A stretch of 64,000 nucleotides of DNA from a virus. Below, piece after piece: positions 1-10,443 of this stretch; the stretch's first letter is position 1; each line of letters begins with the position of its first letter. The stretch lies in the IMG/VR virus record IMGVR_UViG_3300021961_000037, positions 50,095 through 114,094 of that record; one strand, written 5' to 3'. Below the pieces are notes generated by a model. It ran no database searches, had not been told where the DNA came from, and saw only the letters and a list, made by a program, of their open reading frames with translations. The translations under genes and the position numbers were made by a program.

Positions 1-11
1 TCGAAACATAT

Positions 12-482
12 GTGATGGACAACAATCATGTTGGTGTTCCAATGTCATCTTTCCTTTACAACTATGACGATGTCGGAACGCATGAAATGATGAATGTTGC
101 CCAACCGCCAGTGACTGTTTATTTGGACAACTCTCCAGTTGCATCTGTTAACTCGGTTAAAATTGTGCACCCGAACGATGCAACCGAAATAACACAGGTT
201 GAAGGTCGTGACTACATTGTCCGTAAATACGGGATTGATTTGTATACCGCTTTTTCGAACGACAAAGTTATTGTTGATTATGAGGCTGGTCTTGATGGGG
301 AAAACATCAAGATGTTCAAGTTGATGATTCTGCGTGCTGGGACACGAGAGATGCAAAATATGCATGACGATGTTGTCGGAGTGAAAGACCTTGAAACACG
401 AAATGTTGCTCCACTTGAAACGGGATTTTTGGAAAAAGAACTTCTCGCAGTTAAGCGGTGGCGTCGAAACAGAATAGCCTGA
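12..482 (+). CDS. Head-tail connector/neck protein (probably 5'-truncated by the window edge)
   Basis: ORF is open to the window edge and lies directly upstream of a virion morphogenesis gene; 'VIVDYEAGLD...ELLAVKRWRR' resembles head-tail adaptor C-termini. Confidence 0.6.
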   Translation: MMDNNHVGVPMSSFLYNYDDVGTHEMMNVAQPPVTVYLDNSPVASVNSVKIVHPNDATEITQVEGRDYIVRKYGIDLYTAFSNDKVIVDYEAGLDGENIKMFKLMILRAGTREMQNMHDDVVGVKDLETRNVAPLETGFLEKELLAVKRWRRNRIA

Positions 483-483
483 C

Positions 484-942
484 ATGACTGTTGAAGTGCG
501 TGTACGAGTTTTTGCTGAAGCGGCTATCCGGCGTATGCGCGATATGGAGCGCAGGTCTAAGGATTTCAGACCAGTTCTCAGATGGGCGAAGCGTGAAATT
601 GAAAAAGCAAACGCCCGAAACTTTGCTGCCAGCGGACTTCCTGTTGGTGGGTGGGCACCGCTTGATGCAAGGTACGCAGCGTGGAAAGCAACAAACTTTC
701 CTGGACGCCCAATCATGGAAGTGAACGGCAGGTTGGCGGACAGTCTTACGAGGCTGGATGGTCCGGTGAACAAAATACGGTTGAAGTCGGCAGAGTTTGG
801 CACCGATGTGGAATACGCAAAGTTTCATCAGTACGGAACAAGCAGGATGCCGAAGCGTCAAATTGTTTATGAGCCAAAGGGTTTTGCGAGGACATTGGCA
901 GAGCACACTGGCGAGTATGTTGTTTATGGGCGGTTCCGATGA
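484..942 (+). CDS. Phage virion morphogenesis / tail completion protein (Mu gpG / P2 gpS-like)
   Basis: Motifs 'GWAPL', 'GRLADSL', 'FGTDVEYAKFHQYGTSRMPKRQI'. Confidence 0.8.
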   Translation: MTVEVRVRVFAEAAIRRMRDMERRSKDFRPVLRWAKREIEKANARNFAASGLPVGGWAPLDARYAAWKATNFPGRPIMEVNGRLADSLTRLDGPVNKIRLKSAEFGTDVEYAKFHQYGTSRMPKRQIVYEPKGFARTLAEHTGEYVVYGRFR

Positions 943-1526
943 CAGAGTTAATGCAGGGCGCACAATTCGCCAAAGCGTATGTAAATAATTACCTAAACGC
1001 TGACTTACCGTCTCGTTTAGTTAAGTATCGCAGCGGGTGGAATCTTGACGACCGTGAACTGCCGAATCCAGAACTTTTCCTCACATACGAGCCGATTGCT
1101 TTGGATCACTGGCCGACGGTAATAACTGTCGCTATTTCAACGAATCGCTTTGAGAGGTTGATGCTTGGCGCGGAGGGCGACCCCCTTTACAGAGTTAATT
1201 ACAACATGAGGACATATATCTGGACGAAAACAGAGGGTTCAGAAGAAGTGACCCTTATGCGAGACAGATTGACAACCGTACTTCGTTCGGCATTGCTTGA
1301 CAGACCCTCTCTTAATCGTCATGACGCGACATATGGATGTGATGCCCAGATTGATGAAGAAAGTCTCACCGAAGAATTTTCCGACTTGACCCTAATCAAG
1401 GGCGACCGCGTCTTGGCGGGAGCATATTTAGGGTATGATTTAATGTTGACAGAAGTTATTTATAGAGACCAAGTTGGTAGTCTCTCGGAAATCAGTACAG
1501 AAGTATATAACCTTCGTGGAGAGTAG
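939..1526 (+). CDS. Putative tail terminator / tail completion protein
   Basis: Size, ATGA overlap and position between the morphogenesis gene and the sheath; synteny only. Confidence 0.55.
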   Translation: MTELMQGAQFAKAYVNNYLNADLPSRLVKYRSGWNLDDRELPNPELFLTYEPIALDHWPTVITVAISTNRFERLMLGAEGDPLYRVNYNMRTYIWTKTEGSEEVTLMRDRLTTVLRSALLDRPSLNRHDATYGCDAQIDEESLTEEFSDLTLIKGDRVLAGAYLGYDLMLTEVIYRDQVGSLSEISTEVYNLRGE

Positions 1527-1532
1527 TTTCAG

Positions 1533-1961
1533 ATGCGTGTTATAACGGATAAAACATTTGGTGGTGAAGACGGGATGGTTCGTATTTGGAACCAGACTGC
1601 TGGCCTCGTACAAGTTACGCCAGATGGTCATCTGTTGGGCGCCCATCAGTCTGCTTGGGTTGACGACAATGAGACTGTTCAGCACCTGATTGAAATCAAC
1701 CATGTCGTAGTTACTGCTGGGACATCAAAGAAAACCGCAAAAAAAAATACAAAAGCCAAAGCAAAGCCGATAGACCAGCCCCAGAAAGATACCTCAGAGG
1801 TTCTTCCTGTTGTCCTGGAGCAAGACCCTGAGGTAACTCAGGTTAATGAAACACAGCAAGAAACAGCAACAACTGATAATACTGCAATACTTGACAGTTT
1901 TGTTTTGGATAGTTCGCCTATCGCAGACAATACTGAAAGTGTTTCAGTCGAGAACATCTAA
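1533..1961 (+). CDS. Hypothetical protein (small pre-sheath gene with Lys-rich then acidic tail)
   Basis: 142-aa ORF filling the gap in the co-directional operon. Confidence 0.6.
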   Translation: MRVITDKTFGGEDGMVRIWNQTAGLVQVTPDGHLLGAHQSAWVDDNETVQHLIEINHVVVTAGTSKKTAKKNTKAKAKPIDQPQKDTSEVLPVVLEQDPEVTQVNETQQETATTDNTAILDSFVLDSSPIADNTESVSVENI

Positions 1962-2023
1962 CTAATGTATACTCGCTGTAAGCAATATTTCCTGAGTTGC
2001 ATCAAGACGACGGAGGATGCCGG

Positions 2024-3484
2024 ATGCCCGGAGTAACAATTTCCACAGCAGTTCGCACAGGTGCGGTTAATACAGGTGTGGCGCCAGCCGCTACCTTCTT
2101 CGTCGTCGGTGAGACGACACGAGGAATCGACACTGAAGCAGTTCTCGTTACATCACTTGAGGATTACGAGACCAAGTTTGGCGCTCATACCACTGGTCAA
2201 TACACCTGGTACTCACTCCGAACATTCTTTGAAGAGGGCGGTGTCAACGCCTATGTTGGCCGCGCAACAGCAAGCGATGCGGTTGCTGCAAGTGCAGCCC
2301 TTCTTGACAGCACATCTGGTGCTGGTCTGACGTTGACAGCGGTCGGCGATGGATCATGGGGAAATGACCTCGAAGCCGTCGTTACTGTTGACGGTTCTGA
2401 GTTCACACTAACTGTCTCATACGAAGGTAGTGAAATTTTCTCTGGCACATACACAAGTCTTTCGGGTGCGCTTACGGGAATCAACTTCTCAAGCGGTGCA
2501 GCAAACTATTTCACCGCTGCTTACACGGTTGGTGCAGACCCGACTGAAACACTTGAAGCAAATGCTGGCGAGGCGTTCACATCTGGCGACAACGGAACAA
2601 TTGCGAAGTCGGACTTTGTTTCTGCTCTTGATTTGTTCAGCGCCGAACTTGGCTCTGGCTGTGTTGCGGCACCTGGTGTCGTGACTGGTTCGTCGGACGA
2701 CTCTGTGTACACGGGATTGCGTGAGCACGCAGTGGCAATGAACCGAATTGCGCTTTGCAGTTTCTCAACTGGGACATCGCTTTCTGGCGCACGTTCCGCT
2801 TCGGAGGCATACACCGGAACAGAGGGTCATGAGCACATGGCTTTCTATCACCCGTGGGTAGTGATTCCTTCTGGAACTGTTACCGTCAGCATTCCGCCCG
2901 AGGGCTATGTCGCTGGCGCACGTTCGCGCTCGCACAACCAAGTTGGTCCGTGGCGAGCATTCGCTGGCGTGAACTCTGAGGCTCAGTTTGTCTCTGGTCT
3001 CGACATGTCTGTCAGCCGATCCGAGGGAGACCTCATGGAGGCAGCACGTGTCAATCCGCTCCGTGTAATCAACGGACGCGTTCGTATCTACGGCGCACGG
3101 TCACATTCAACTGTCACCGAGCAGTGGCGTTTCATCACTGCACGAGACACAATCAACTACATTGTTGTTGAGGCTGAGAAGCGTCTTGAGGATCTCGTGT
3201 TCTCCACAATTGACGGACGTCAAACACTGTTTGCAAACATCATCAATGCTTGCCAAGCAGTTCTTGAGCCGGTTCGCATCAACGGTGGATTGTACGAGGG
3301 CTTTACCGCCGATGGTCGCCGAATTGACTACGGATACACGGTCAAGTGTGATTCTTCAATCAACCCGCTTTCGCAACTTGAGGCTGGCACGGTGAGGTGC
3401 CGTGTTGGTGTACGAGTTTCGAGCGTCGGTGACAAGATTGAAGTTGAACTCATCAAGTCAAACCTCACAACAGCATTGGCATAA
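2024..3484 (+). CDS. Contractile tail sheath protein
   Basis: 'MPGVTI' start with GGAGG at 2012-2016; 'FFEEGGVNAYV', 'AFYHPWV', 'PPEGYVAG', 'VNPLRVING..RIYGARS..WRFI' sheath motifs. Confidence 0.93.
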   Translation: MPGVTISTAVRTGAVNTGVAPAATFFVVGETTRGIDTEAVLVTSLEDYETKFGAHTTGQYTWYSLRTFFEEGGVNAYVGRATASDAVAASAALLDSTSGAGLTLTAVGDGSWGNDLEAVVTVDGSEFTLTVSYEGSEIFSGTYTSLSGALTGINFSSGAANYFTAAYTVGADPTETLEANAGEAFTSGDNGTIAKSDFVSALDLFSAELGSGCVAAPGVVTGSSDDSVYTGLREHAVAMNRIALCSFSTGTSLSGARSASEAYTGTEGHEHMAFYHPWVVIPSGTVTVSIPPEGYVAGARSRSHNQVGPWRAFAGVNSEAQFVSGLDMSVSRSEGDLMEAARVNPLRVINGRVRIYGARSHSTVTEQWRFITARDTINYIVVEAEKRLEDLVFSTIDGRQTLFANIINACQAVLEPVRINGGLYEGFTADGRRIDYGYTVKCDSSINPLSQLEAGTVRCRVGVRVSSVGDKIEVELIKSNLTTALA

Positions 3485-3496
3485 CGGAGGAAGTAA

Positions 3497-3982
3497 ATGG
3501 CACGCCCAGTTCTTTTTAAGAACCTCGCTACACAGCGTCAGGTTGTCGCAAAGATTACACCGAGCAACGCTGGTGGTGACCTTCCGACGTTCCCCGACTA
3601 CTTCACACAGGTGAGTGGTGGTGAAATCACAGCCGCTGTTGAAAAGGTTTACCACGGTGGCGACATTTTCCCAGAGACCCTGTGCGCTCCTTCGGAAATT
3701 GGTGACGTAACACTTACTGGCTACCTGTCCGCAGATGCCGATTTCTTGAGCCGTCTCCAGCAGTTGCGCCAGATGGTCGGTCGTGTCCGCTACAACATTG
3801 ATGTCCATGTGTTTGACTGCGATATTGCTGTTCCTGGCGCTGACCGCTCTTACACGAATGCGCTTCTGGTTGGTTTGACAGAGCCCGACGGTGATGCCAC
3901 CTCGGGAACCCCTGCAACCTTTGCGATGACTTTCAGCATCTCAACGGTTTCGGTGGCTCGTAACCCGCTCGCCGCTGGCTGA
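3497..3982 (+). CDS. Tail tube protein
   Basis: 161 aa directly after the sheath; GGAGG RBS; 'FTQVSGGEI', 'GDVTLTG', 'FAMTFSI'. Confidence 0.85.
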   Translation: MARPVLFKNLATQRQVVAKITPSNAGGDLPTFPDYFTQVSGGEITAAVEKVYHGGDIFPETLCAPSEIGDVTLTGYLSADADFLSRLQQLRQMVGRVRYNIDVHVFDCDIAVPGADRSYTNALLVGLTEPDGDATSGTPATFAMTFSISTVSVARNPLAAG

Positions 3983-3984
3983 TA

Positions 3985-4009
3985 AACCCCCTTTCGGGGT
4001 TCCATTTTT
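3985..4009 (+). terminator. Probable intrinsic terminator after the tail tube gene
   Basis: AACCCC-CTTTC-GGGGTT hairpin followed by CCATTTTT. Confidence 0.55.
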
Positions 4010-4038
4010 GATGGCATGGCTGTGTTAGTGTTGCCCGC

Positions 4039-4548
4039 ATGAGCAACGACTTTACTTTCACAAGCGGAAATAATGCTGATGCCGAGGCTGCGGATAGCAA
4101 TGTCCTGAATCAGTTGAAGGCGGTTATTCAGAAGACCACGAAGCGTGAGGATATCTTCATTCAGGTTCCTGAGCGTGACGGTGTTCTTGTCCGGGTTTCA
4201 CCGAATATCACGCAGAACCAGTTGCGTGCATGGCGTCGTAACGCTGGAGATGACACGAAGAAGGGTTTGGATACCCTGAAGTTTTCGTGCAACGTTATTG
4301 CTGCCACGTGCACTGGCATCATGATTAACGATGAGATTGTCACCAACGACATGGGTGTTGAGGTGACTTTTGCTTCTCAGGAAATCATGCAGATGACTGG
4401 TACTTCGCGTCCGCACCCAGATTGTGTTCAAGCATTTTTTGGTTTGGAGCCACACATTGAGGCGGCGGCTGTCGCCATCATTGAGGCTTCTGGATATGGT
4501 GACGCAGTTGAGGCTGTGGACCCTACGAAGAGGTCTTCGGAGAACTAG
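4039..4548 (+). CDS. Tail assembly chaperone (gpG-like)
   Basis: Between tube and tape measure; ends 'VDPTKRSSEN'. Confidence 0.75.
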   Translation: MSNDFTFTSGNNADAEAADSNVLNQLKAVIQKTTKREDIFIQVPERDGVLVRVSPNITQNQLRAWRRNAGDDTKKGLDTLKFSCNVIAATCTGIMINDEIVTNDMGVEVTFASQEIMQMTGTSRPHPDCVQAFFGLEPHIEAAAVAIIEASGYGDAVEAVDPTKRSSEN

Positions 4549-4724
4549 TCAGCGACGACCGCATCAAAATTGCGGCTCGGCTCGGAGACCTCTTTCATTG
4601 CGACCCGATTAAGTTGCTTGACTGTGATATTGATGAATGGCTGATTCGCCTTGCCTGTGCTAAAGTTATAGAGCAGGATAGAGAAAAACAGGAAGCAGAA
4701 GCAAAGCGTCAATCCAAACGCTGA
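4512..4724 (+). CDS. Tail assembly chaperone C-terminal extension (gpT-like) in the -1 frame; not in the ORF track
   Basis: 70 open codons after TGA 4509-4511 (...ELVSDDRIKIAARLGDLFHCDPIKLLDCDIDEWLIRLACAKVIEQDREKQEAEAKRQSKR*); no ATG or GTG in frame; overlaps the chaperone 3' end. Confidence 0.7.
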   Translation, partial: GCGPYEEVFGELVSDDRIKIAARLGDLFHCDPIKLLDCDIDEWLIRLACAKVIEQDREKQEAEAKRQSKR

Positions 4725-4768
4725 TTCCGCTGGAGCGCTCAATATCCGTCTAATCAACGGAGATATGT

Positions 4769-7700
4769 ATGGCACGAGAGCGCGTAGTTATCAATATCGA
4801 GGTCAACTCGGATATTGCGACGATTGAGGCTACCCGTGCGGCTTTGGAGCGTCTTACTAAACAAAACCGTGACCTTAACGACGAGTATGACCGTCATAAG
4901 AAACGCATCACGGAAGTAACTAAAGAGAACAAGCGCCTTAACCGTGATAGTGACATGGTTGGCAATTCGTTGCGCAATCTTGGTAAGCATACGGCGACAT
5001 CCAGTAGGCGGTTTGCCGGTTTGCGTAAGTCTGTTTTGAGTTTGCGTAAGGATATTGGAACACTAATTAGCGCTTTTGGTGGAATGATTGGGGTTGTAAA
5101 CAAACTTTCTTTGATTGAGATTCCTCTTCTCGCTCTCGGCATGGCTGGCATAACGTCCTTGTTTAAGAGTGGTACAGGGTTTGTGAACCTTTATAGAGCG
5201 GCGATGAGTTCGCTTGCGTACACCGCTGCTGGCGTCGGTGTTGCTGTCACCACGGTTATATCTGCATTGCGTGAGTTCCAGTCAGTTCAATTTGCGCCAA
5301 TGTACGTGGATGGTGCGATAAATACCGAGGATCGTTTTGCTGCTGCGTCTGGGGCGATGCGAATGTTTGTTGATAATACGAGACTTGCTGTTGTTGGGTC
5401 CGAGTCGCTTCAGAAGGCTTTCGGTACTTTGAGTAAACAGAAGCCAGTGACTGGTGGAACTGTTGCTGCGTTTGAGGGCTTGATGAATATTGTCGCCGGT
5501 AGCGGTGGGGATATTGGGAAGGGAAGCGAGAAACTTGCAACATTTTTGGCGCAGGTTCAAAAGGGTGGACTCGGGAGTGCCGCTTCAGCAGCCAAAGACC
5601 TTGGTCCTGACTTTGAGAAAATCATTAAAGAAGCGCAAGCGCTTGGTTTAAAGACATCTGACGAGTTTTTTAAGGCGGCTGCTGACGGTGCTCTTGGTGA
5701 GACTTTTCAGAAGAAATATGCGGGCCAGTTGGATGCTCTTAACGACACCCTGATTGGTCGTTTTAAGACTGCTTTACAGAGCACAAAAAATCTTTTGGGC
5801 GATATTGGTGACCAGTTTCTGCAGCCTACTGGTGAAGCGGTAATCAAGATTCAGAGGATTATTGAGCGGACGATACTGCAACTTACTCCCATGTTGCGTC
5901 AGTTCGGAACCGACACATTTTTGGGTGATGTCGTTAATCTGATTGACAAGGTATCTGTCAAGTTTGTTGGTTTGATGAATAAATATCTTGGTACCACTCC
6001 AGGTTTGTTTGAAAAACTTGGCGAATACATGGATGCGATTGGTAAAAGGTTTGAGAAGGTTCAGGATTGGGCTCGACAGTTTGTTGATGCTGGTCAGTTA
6101 ATTACAGACAATTTTATTAAACCGATTTTTGAAGGTTTGATGGACAAGTTTGGTGGAGGAATGAATGTTCTCGCTAGTTTGGTTGAGGCTAATGCGCCGT
6201 TGCTGAGGTCTCTCGCTGACAGCATTGTTGATGTTATTGCTGCAATTGGTGAGTACGGGAACATGCTTAAAGAGGCGTTTATTGCGGTCATTCCGCTTCT
6301 CAATGTTTTCTTGAAGGTCACTGAAAAGATTTTTTCTATTTGGACGAAAATAAGTAAAGGTTTGTTGAGTGTTTTCGGTGGTATCGGTGGTGGTATCGGT
6401 AAGGCTCTTGCTGCTGTTCCTGTTCTATATGGCTCACTTATTCTTTTCAGTCGTTTTTTCAAAGTTTTTGGCGGAATGTTCGGGAAAGATATGAGCATTA
6501 AGGCGAACAATGTTTTCGTCAACGGTAGAGGTATTGGTGGTGGGCCGATGGGTGGACCTATGGGTGGCCCAGGCGGAAGGCCTATGGGTGGACCTGGGAT
6601 ACGAGGTCGAATGGGGTACTCATACAACCTTGCACGTAACAGTGGTGTGGGGATAGCGAGGTCTGCTCAGGCGGGTTTGCGATCTGGTTACGCTGGCGTA
6701 AAAGGTCTTGGTGGTTCTGGGGCATTCAACCAGTTGTACGGCTTGGGGAATATGGGTTTGATGCTCGGTGGAACTGCCTTGATGGGTGCTGGTCAAAAAA
6801 TGGGTGGGACATCAACTGCTGGTGGAGCAGCGCTCACTGGTTTGGGTGCGGCAGCAAATCTTGGCGCAGCGGGTTCAATGCTTGGTTTGGGGGAATTGAC
6901 ATTTGGTACTGGAAGTGCAGTCGGTACCGGCGCAATTCTTGGTGGCGCTGCCGCTATCGGCGGAGGTTATGCGGCTGGCTCGTATATTGGTTCTAAATTC
7001 ACAGATGATTCCGTTAGGTCGCGCGCAATGTCAGCAGCGACATCAGCGGCAGTTGGCGCTGCAATCGGAAGTGTTGTTCCTGGAATCGGAACTGCGGTTG
7101 GTGCTGGATTGGGTGCTGTTGTCGGTGGTGCTGTTGGGTATTGGAAGGCTGGCGCGGCGCGTAGAGATGCACGCAAAGCAGCAAAAGGCGTCATGGACAA
7201 CTTTTTCATGGAAACAGAAGACGCATTCGCGGCTGGAGATGTTGAGAAACTGAAGGCCCAACTTGAAGGATTGAACGCCGAAATCGCCAAAGCAGCAACT
7301 GGCGATATTGACTACTACAACAAAAAGATTGACGAGCAACGCAAAAAGATTGACGAAACAGCAAAACAGATTGATAACTATTCAAGGAACGCTGATCTTG
7401 CTGAAAGAATGTTTGGGAAGAGCACCGATGCGTTGAACAAACTAGCCGAAGAAGCCGGCATCAATGTGCGCGACAAGGTTCTTAATTTCACTGAAATGCT
7501 GAAACTTGTTGGGAAAACTTCCGAGGAGCAGACTCGACTGGTTAAGCAATTTTGGGGAACTCTCGGCGGTCAGGCTCTTGGTGGTGCGCTCGGAAAACTT
7601 GACAAAATCAGGGAGCGTCGAGATACACAAAACGCTCTGGATGCTTCACAGGCGTCGCTTTTGGGTGGAAATGTTTCTGGCGAGAATCTTCTTTCTTTCG

Positions 7701-8248
7701 TTGAAAATCAAATCAAGTTCTCTACGGCGGAGTACGGAGAATTGGGTGGTTTGGCTAATGCCTATGAATCAATCATTGCTGGTTTGTCTGGTGAAACCTT
7801 GGGCAAACTTGATGATAAAACAAAAGAAAAGTTGATGGCGCTTGCCAACGACATACTTGACCCAACAGCGTTGGTCAAATCAATGGATCAGGAAATGCTT
7901 GCGACAATGGTCGGCGGTGCGAGTGCGCTTGCTGGTATGTCTTCGTCAGACATACTTTCTTTGGTTAATCAAAAGATGAAGACAGATCCGAACTTCCTTG
8001 CGAATTTCGGCGCATATCAAAGTCGAAATAACATGACTCAAATGAATGCAATGATTACTGGTCAGGGTGGCATTGTTGGCGCTTCGTCTCCGTATGGTTT
8101 TATGCCTCAGATTACGGTGAATGTCAATGCTCCGGTAATTGACCCAGAAGTTGTTCGTCAGATTCGCCTAGAACTTGAAGCATCGTTGCGCACGGCAAGG
8201 GAAAAGGGTGGCACCTTCACTGGTGGTGCAGGGACGTTTAGGCGTTAA
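4769..8248 (+). CDS. Tape measure protein
   Basis: 1159 aa, helical and Ala/Gly-rich with hydrophobic segments; follows the chaperones. Confidence 0.9.
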   Translation: MARERVVINIEVNSDIATIEATRAALERLTKQNRDLNDEYDRHKKRITEVTKENKRLNRDSDMVGNSLRNLGKHTATSSRRFAGLRKSVLSLRKDIGTLISAFGGMIGVVNKLSLIEIPLLALGMAGITSLFKSGTGFVNLYRAAMSSLAYTAAGVGVAVTTVISALREFQSVQFAPMYVDGAINTEDRFAAASGAMRMFVDNTRLAVVGSESLQKAFGTLSKQKPVTGGTVAAFEGLMNIVAGSGGDIGKGSEKLATFLAQVQKGGLGSAASAAKDLGPDFEKIIKEAQALGLKTSDEFFKAAADGALGETFQKKYAGQLDALNDTLIGRFKTALQSTKNLLGDIGDQFLQPTGEAVIKIQRIIERTILQLTPMLRQFGTDTFLGDVVNLIDKVSVKFVGLMNKYLGTTPGLFEKLGEYMDAIGKRFEKVQDWARQFVDAGQLITDNFIKPIFEGLMDKFGGGMNVLASLVEANAPLLRSLADSIVDVIAAIGEYGNMLKEAFIAVIPLLNVFLKVTEKIFSIWTKISKGLLSVFGGIGGGIGKALAAVPVLYGSLILFSRFFKVFGGMFGKDMSIKANNVFVNGRGIGGGPMGGPMGGPGGRPMGGPGIRGRMGYSYNLARNSGVGIARSAQAGLRSGYAGVKGLGGSGAFNQLYGLGNMGLMLGGTALMGAGQKMGGTSTAGGAALTGLGAAANLGAAGSMLGLGELTFGTGSAVGTGAILGGAAAIGGGYAAGSYIGSKFTDDSVRSRAMSAATSAAVGAAIGSVVPGIGTAVGAGLGAVVGGAVGYWKAGAARRDARKAAKGVMDNFFMETEDAFAAGDVEKLKAQLEGLNAEIAKAATGDIDYYNKKIDEQRKKIDETAKQIDNYSRNADLAERMFGKSTDALNKLAEEAGINVRDKVLNFTEMLKLVGKTSEEQTRLVKQFWGTLGGQALGGALGKLDKIRERRDTQNALDASQASLLGGNVSGENLLSFVENQIKFSTAEYGELGGLANAYESIIAGLSGETLGKLDDKTKEKLMALANDILDPTALVKSMDQEMLATMVGGASALAGMSSSDILSLVNQKMKTDPNFLANFGAYQSRNNMTQMNAMITGQGGIVGASSPYGFMPQITVNVNAPVIDPEVVRQIRLELEASLRTAREKGGTFTGGAGTFRR

Positions 8249-8250
8249 TT

Positions 8251-9042
8251 ATGGCTACTACTGTAACTGCGTGGGTCCGCATAAACCCTGCCCTGACAAA
8301 TGCTTCAGCATTAACACAAAATGATTCAGTGCAGAATGTTGTCCCACTTATTATTCGTCTTCTTCCAGCAACACCAGACCAAATTGCAGAAGATTTCCAA
8401 CTTCCATACAACCCGTTGCAGGTTACTTACGGTGATCTATCTGATGAGGTTACGCAAATTGCGCGACCTGGAACTACACCGATTATTGCTTTCAAGTCAC
8501 ATCGGTTGATGACTGTTGACTTTTCGTTCATAGTTGCGCAACCAGGCGACGGGCTTGCCACGAGTGTTGATAGTTCTTTGCAGAATTTGCGTAAATTTGC
8601 TGCGAGCAGTAATAGGGTTATTTCTTTACTCAATTTTGATTCGTTGACAAACACGCCTTTTGTTTTCCGTAATTCCACTCAGGAACGTCTTACTGATGGA
8701 CTGTTTTTCAATATTGTTTCTCTTGAAATTCAGAGTGTCAGAAGGAACAAAAACAATGAGATAACTCAGGCGAATGTCAACATTAGTCTCGTTGAAAACA
8801 GGAACCCGCTGATTAATGTTGCGTTCATTCCGCCACTGAAGTACACAAAAAAACCAGAAAAATGTTCCAATAAAAAGTATCGGCGGAATAATCCGGGGAA
8901 ATGCCCCAAGAAGACCGAGAAGGTTACCTCTCCTTCGCAGTCCGAATTGTCAAGAGCGACGGCTGCAAATAATGCCTATGCGCAAAAAGATGGATTTACG
9001 CGATGCTTCTTTAACGCAGATGGATCAATGGTCTGTTCCTGA
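8251..9042 (+). CDS. Baseplate / tail tube initiator-like protein
   Basis: Follows the tape measure; 'LPYNPLQVTY..IARPGTTP', 'QANVNISLVE'. Confidence 0.6.
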   Translation: MATTVTAWVRINPALTNASALTQNDSVQNVVPLIIRLLPATPDQIAEDFQLPYNPLQVTYGDLSDEVTQIARPGTTPIIAFKSHRLMTVDFSFIVAQPGDGLATSVDSSLQNLRKFAASSNRVISLLNFDSLTNTPFVFRNSTQERLTDGLFFNIVSLEIQSVRRNKNNEITQANVNISLVENRNPLINVAFIPPLKYTKKPEKCSNKKYRRNNPGKCPKKTEKVTSPSQSELSRATAANNAYAQKDGFTRCFFNADGSMVCS

Positions 9043-10028
9043 TGATTACTTCCGATGTTCTTTCAATACAAAACCACGATACTTTGCAGAAAGTGGAATT
9101 CGCACAAGCGGTGACTGAATTGCGTGTAAATTATGACATCAATGGGTGTTCGCAGTTAACCGTGAACGTCGCTGATTACAAAATGCGAATGTGGGATAAC
9201 AACTATTTCCAAGTGAGCACACCAGTTTTGTTTAAGGGTGAACGATTTCGCATAGCATCAACCGAAATTTCGCAGGCTGATGGTGAATATGTAAATGTTA
9301 AACTGGAAATTCGCACTGAGGCTGTGCAAAAAATGAAAGAAGACAAGACGCCACAGTCCTACAGATCGTCAACTGGTTTCGAATTTGCAAGAAAGGTAGC
9401 GAACAAGTTCGGACTTGAGCCGATAATTCAGGAGGTCGCTGGTGTAAAACAGGCGACAATCAAAGTAAAAGAAAAAAACAATAAAGAGTCTGTTTGGGAT
9501 GTCCTGCAAAGATCAGCGCAAGATATCCAATTCATGTGCTTCGTTGCGGATGGAAGATTGTTTTATGCTTCACCGCAGTGGCTTCTCGGAAGATGGGGTT
9601 TGGAGTCAACGCCTGGGGCAACATTCGAGGTGTATAGGGGAAAAACGGAAAAACGAACTCTTCTGTATATTCCGTTGATTTATCCAGCAGACCCAAAGTT
9701 GAACTTTTTCTTGTTGCAAATGCCAAACATGCGAAGGTCTGAAGACTCGCCGAAGGAGTCGGAGGGGACAGCGCAATTGTGGGCTGGTGACCGCTACGAG
9801 GAGGGAATTGGGAGCGCCTATAATATTCGTGCTGGGATGACAGTTGTTGTGTATGGGGTTAGTGGATTTAATCAAGCATATTTAGTTACTTCGGTTGATT
9901 ATCAGTATGGGCTTTCGGAACCTGTTGAGGTTGCTTTTGCTACTGTGGCTAAGTTGGCTCCCGCCGATAAAGCGAAGATTGATGAAAAGGTTTCTGAGGT
10001 AACTGTGATTTCGGGAACTGGAGGATGA
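9042..10028 (+). CDS. Baseplate hub protein (late control D / gp44-like)
   Basis: 'ESVWDVLQRSA..FMCFVADGRLFY', 'IRAGMTV..G..GFNQAYLVTSV'. Confidence 0.75.
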   Translation: MITSDVLSIQNHDTLQKVEFAQAVTELRVNYDINGCSQLTVNVADYKMRMWDNNYFQVSTPVLFKGERFRIASTEISQADGEYVNVKLEIRTEAVQKMKEDKTPQSYRSSTGFEFARKVANKFGLEPIIQEVAGVKQATIKVKEKNNKESVWDVLQRSAQDIQFMCFVADGRLFYASPQWLLGRWGLESTPGATFEVYRGKTEKRTLLYIPLIYPADPKLNFFLLQMPNMRRSEDSPKESEGTAQLWAGDRYEEGIGSAYNIRAGMTVVVYGVSGFNQAYLVTSVDYQYGLSEPVEVAFATVAKLAPADKAKIDEKVSEVTVISGTGG

Positions 10029-10029
10029 T

Positions 10030-10443
10030 GTGGTTGTAAATTTAAATGACGGTTTTGAAAACTTCCAGCGTGCAGATTCGCTTCAGAGAATTGATATTGA
10101 TTTTTCGTCTATACACATCGGCGTCGTGACCGCTGTTGGGTCAGCCACGAACACTGTTTTTGTGAAGATTCCGGCAATCAACGAGAATGCCGAATTGGGT
10201 CCTTTTAAGTGTCTTCAACCTTTTACAAATGTTGTTGAAACACCAGTCCAGCAAACATTGACGACCACATCTGGCTCCGACCCTGATGGCGGAACATTTC
10301 TTACGAGTGCAAGTTTAAGTTCAACCACAACAGACATTCAGGGTGTCTACGGTACTCTTAATTTGCCGAGTGTGGGCAACCGTGTTTTGGTCGTATTAAT
10401 GAATAATTCGTTTGATGAAGGTGCGGTGATTGGGAAACTATGA
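10030..10443 (+). CDS. Baseplate spike / gpV-like OB-fold protein
   Basis: 'GVVTAV..VFVKIP', 'LPSVGNRVLV...VIG'. Confidence 0.65.
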   Translation: MVVNLNDGFENFQRADSLQRIDIDFSSIHIGVVTAVGSATNTVFVKIPAINENAELGPFKCLQPFTNVVETPVQQTLTTTSGSDPDGGTFLTSASLSSTTTDIQGVYGTLNLPSVGNRVLVVLMNNSFDEGAVIGKL

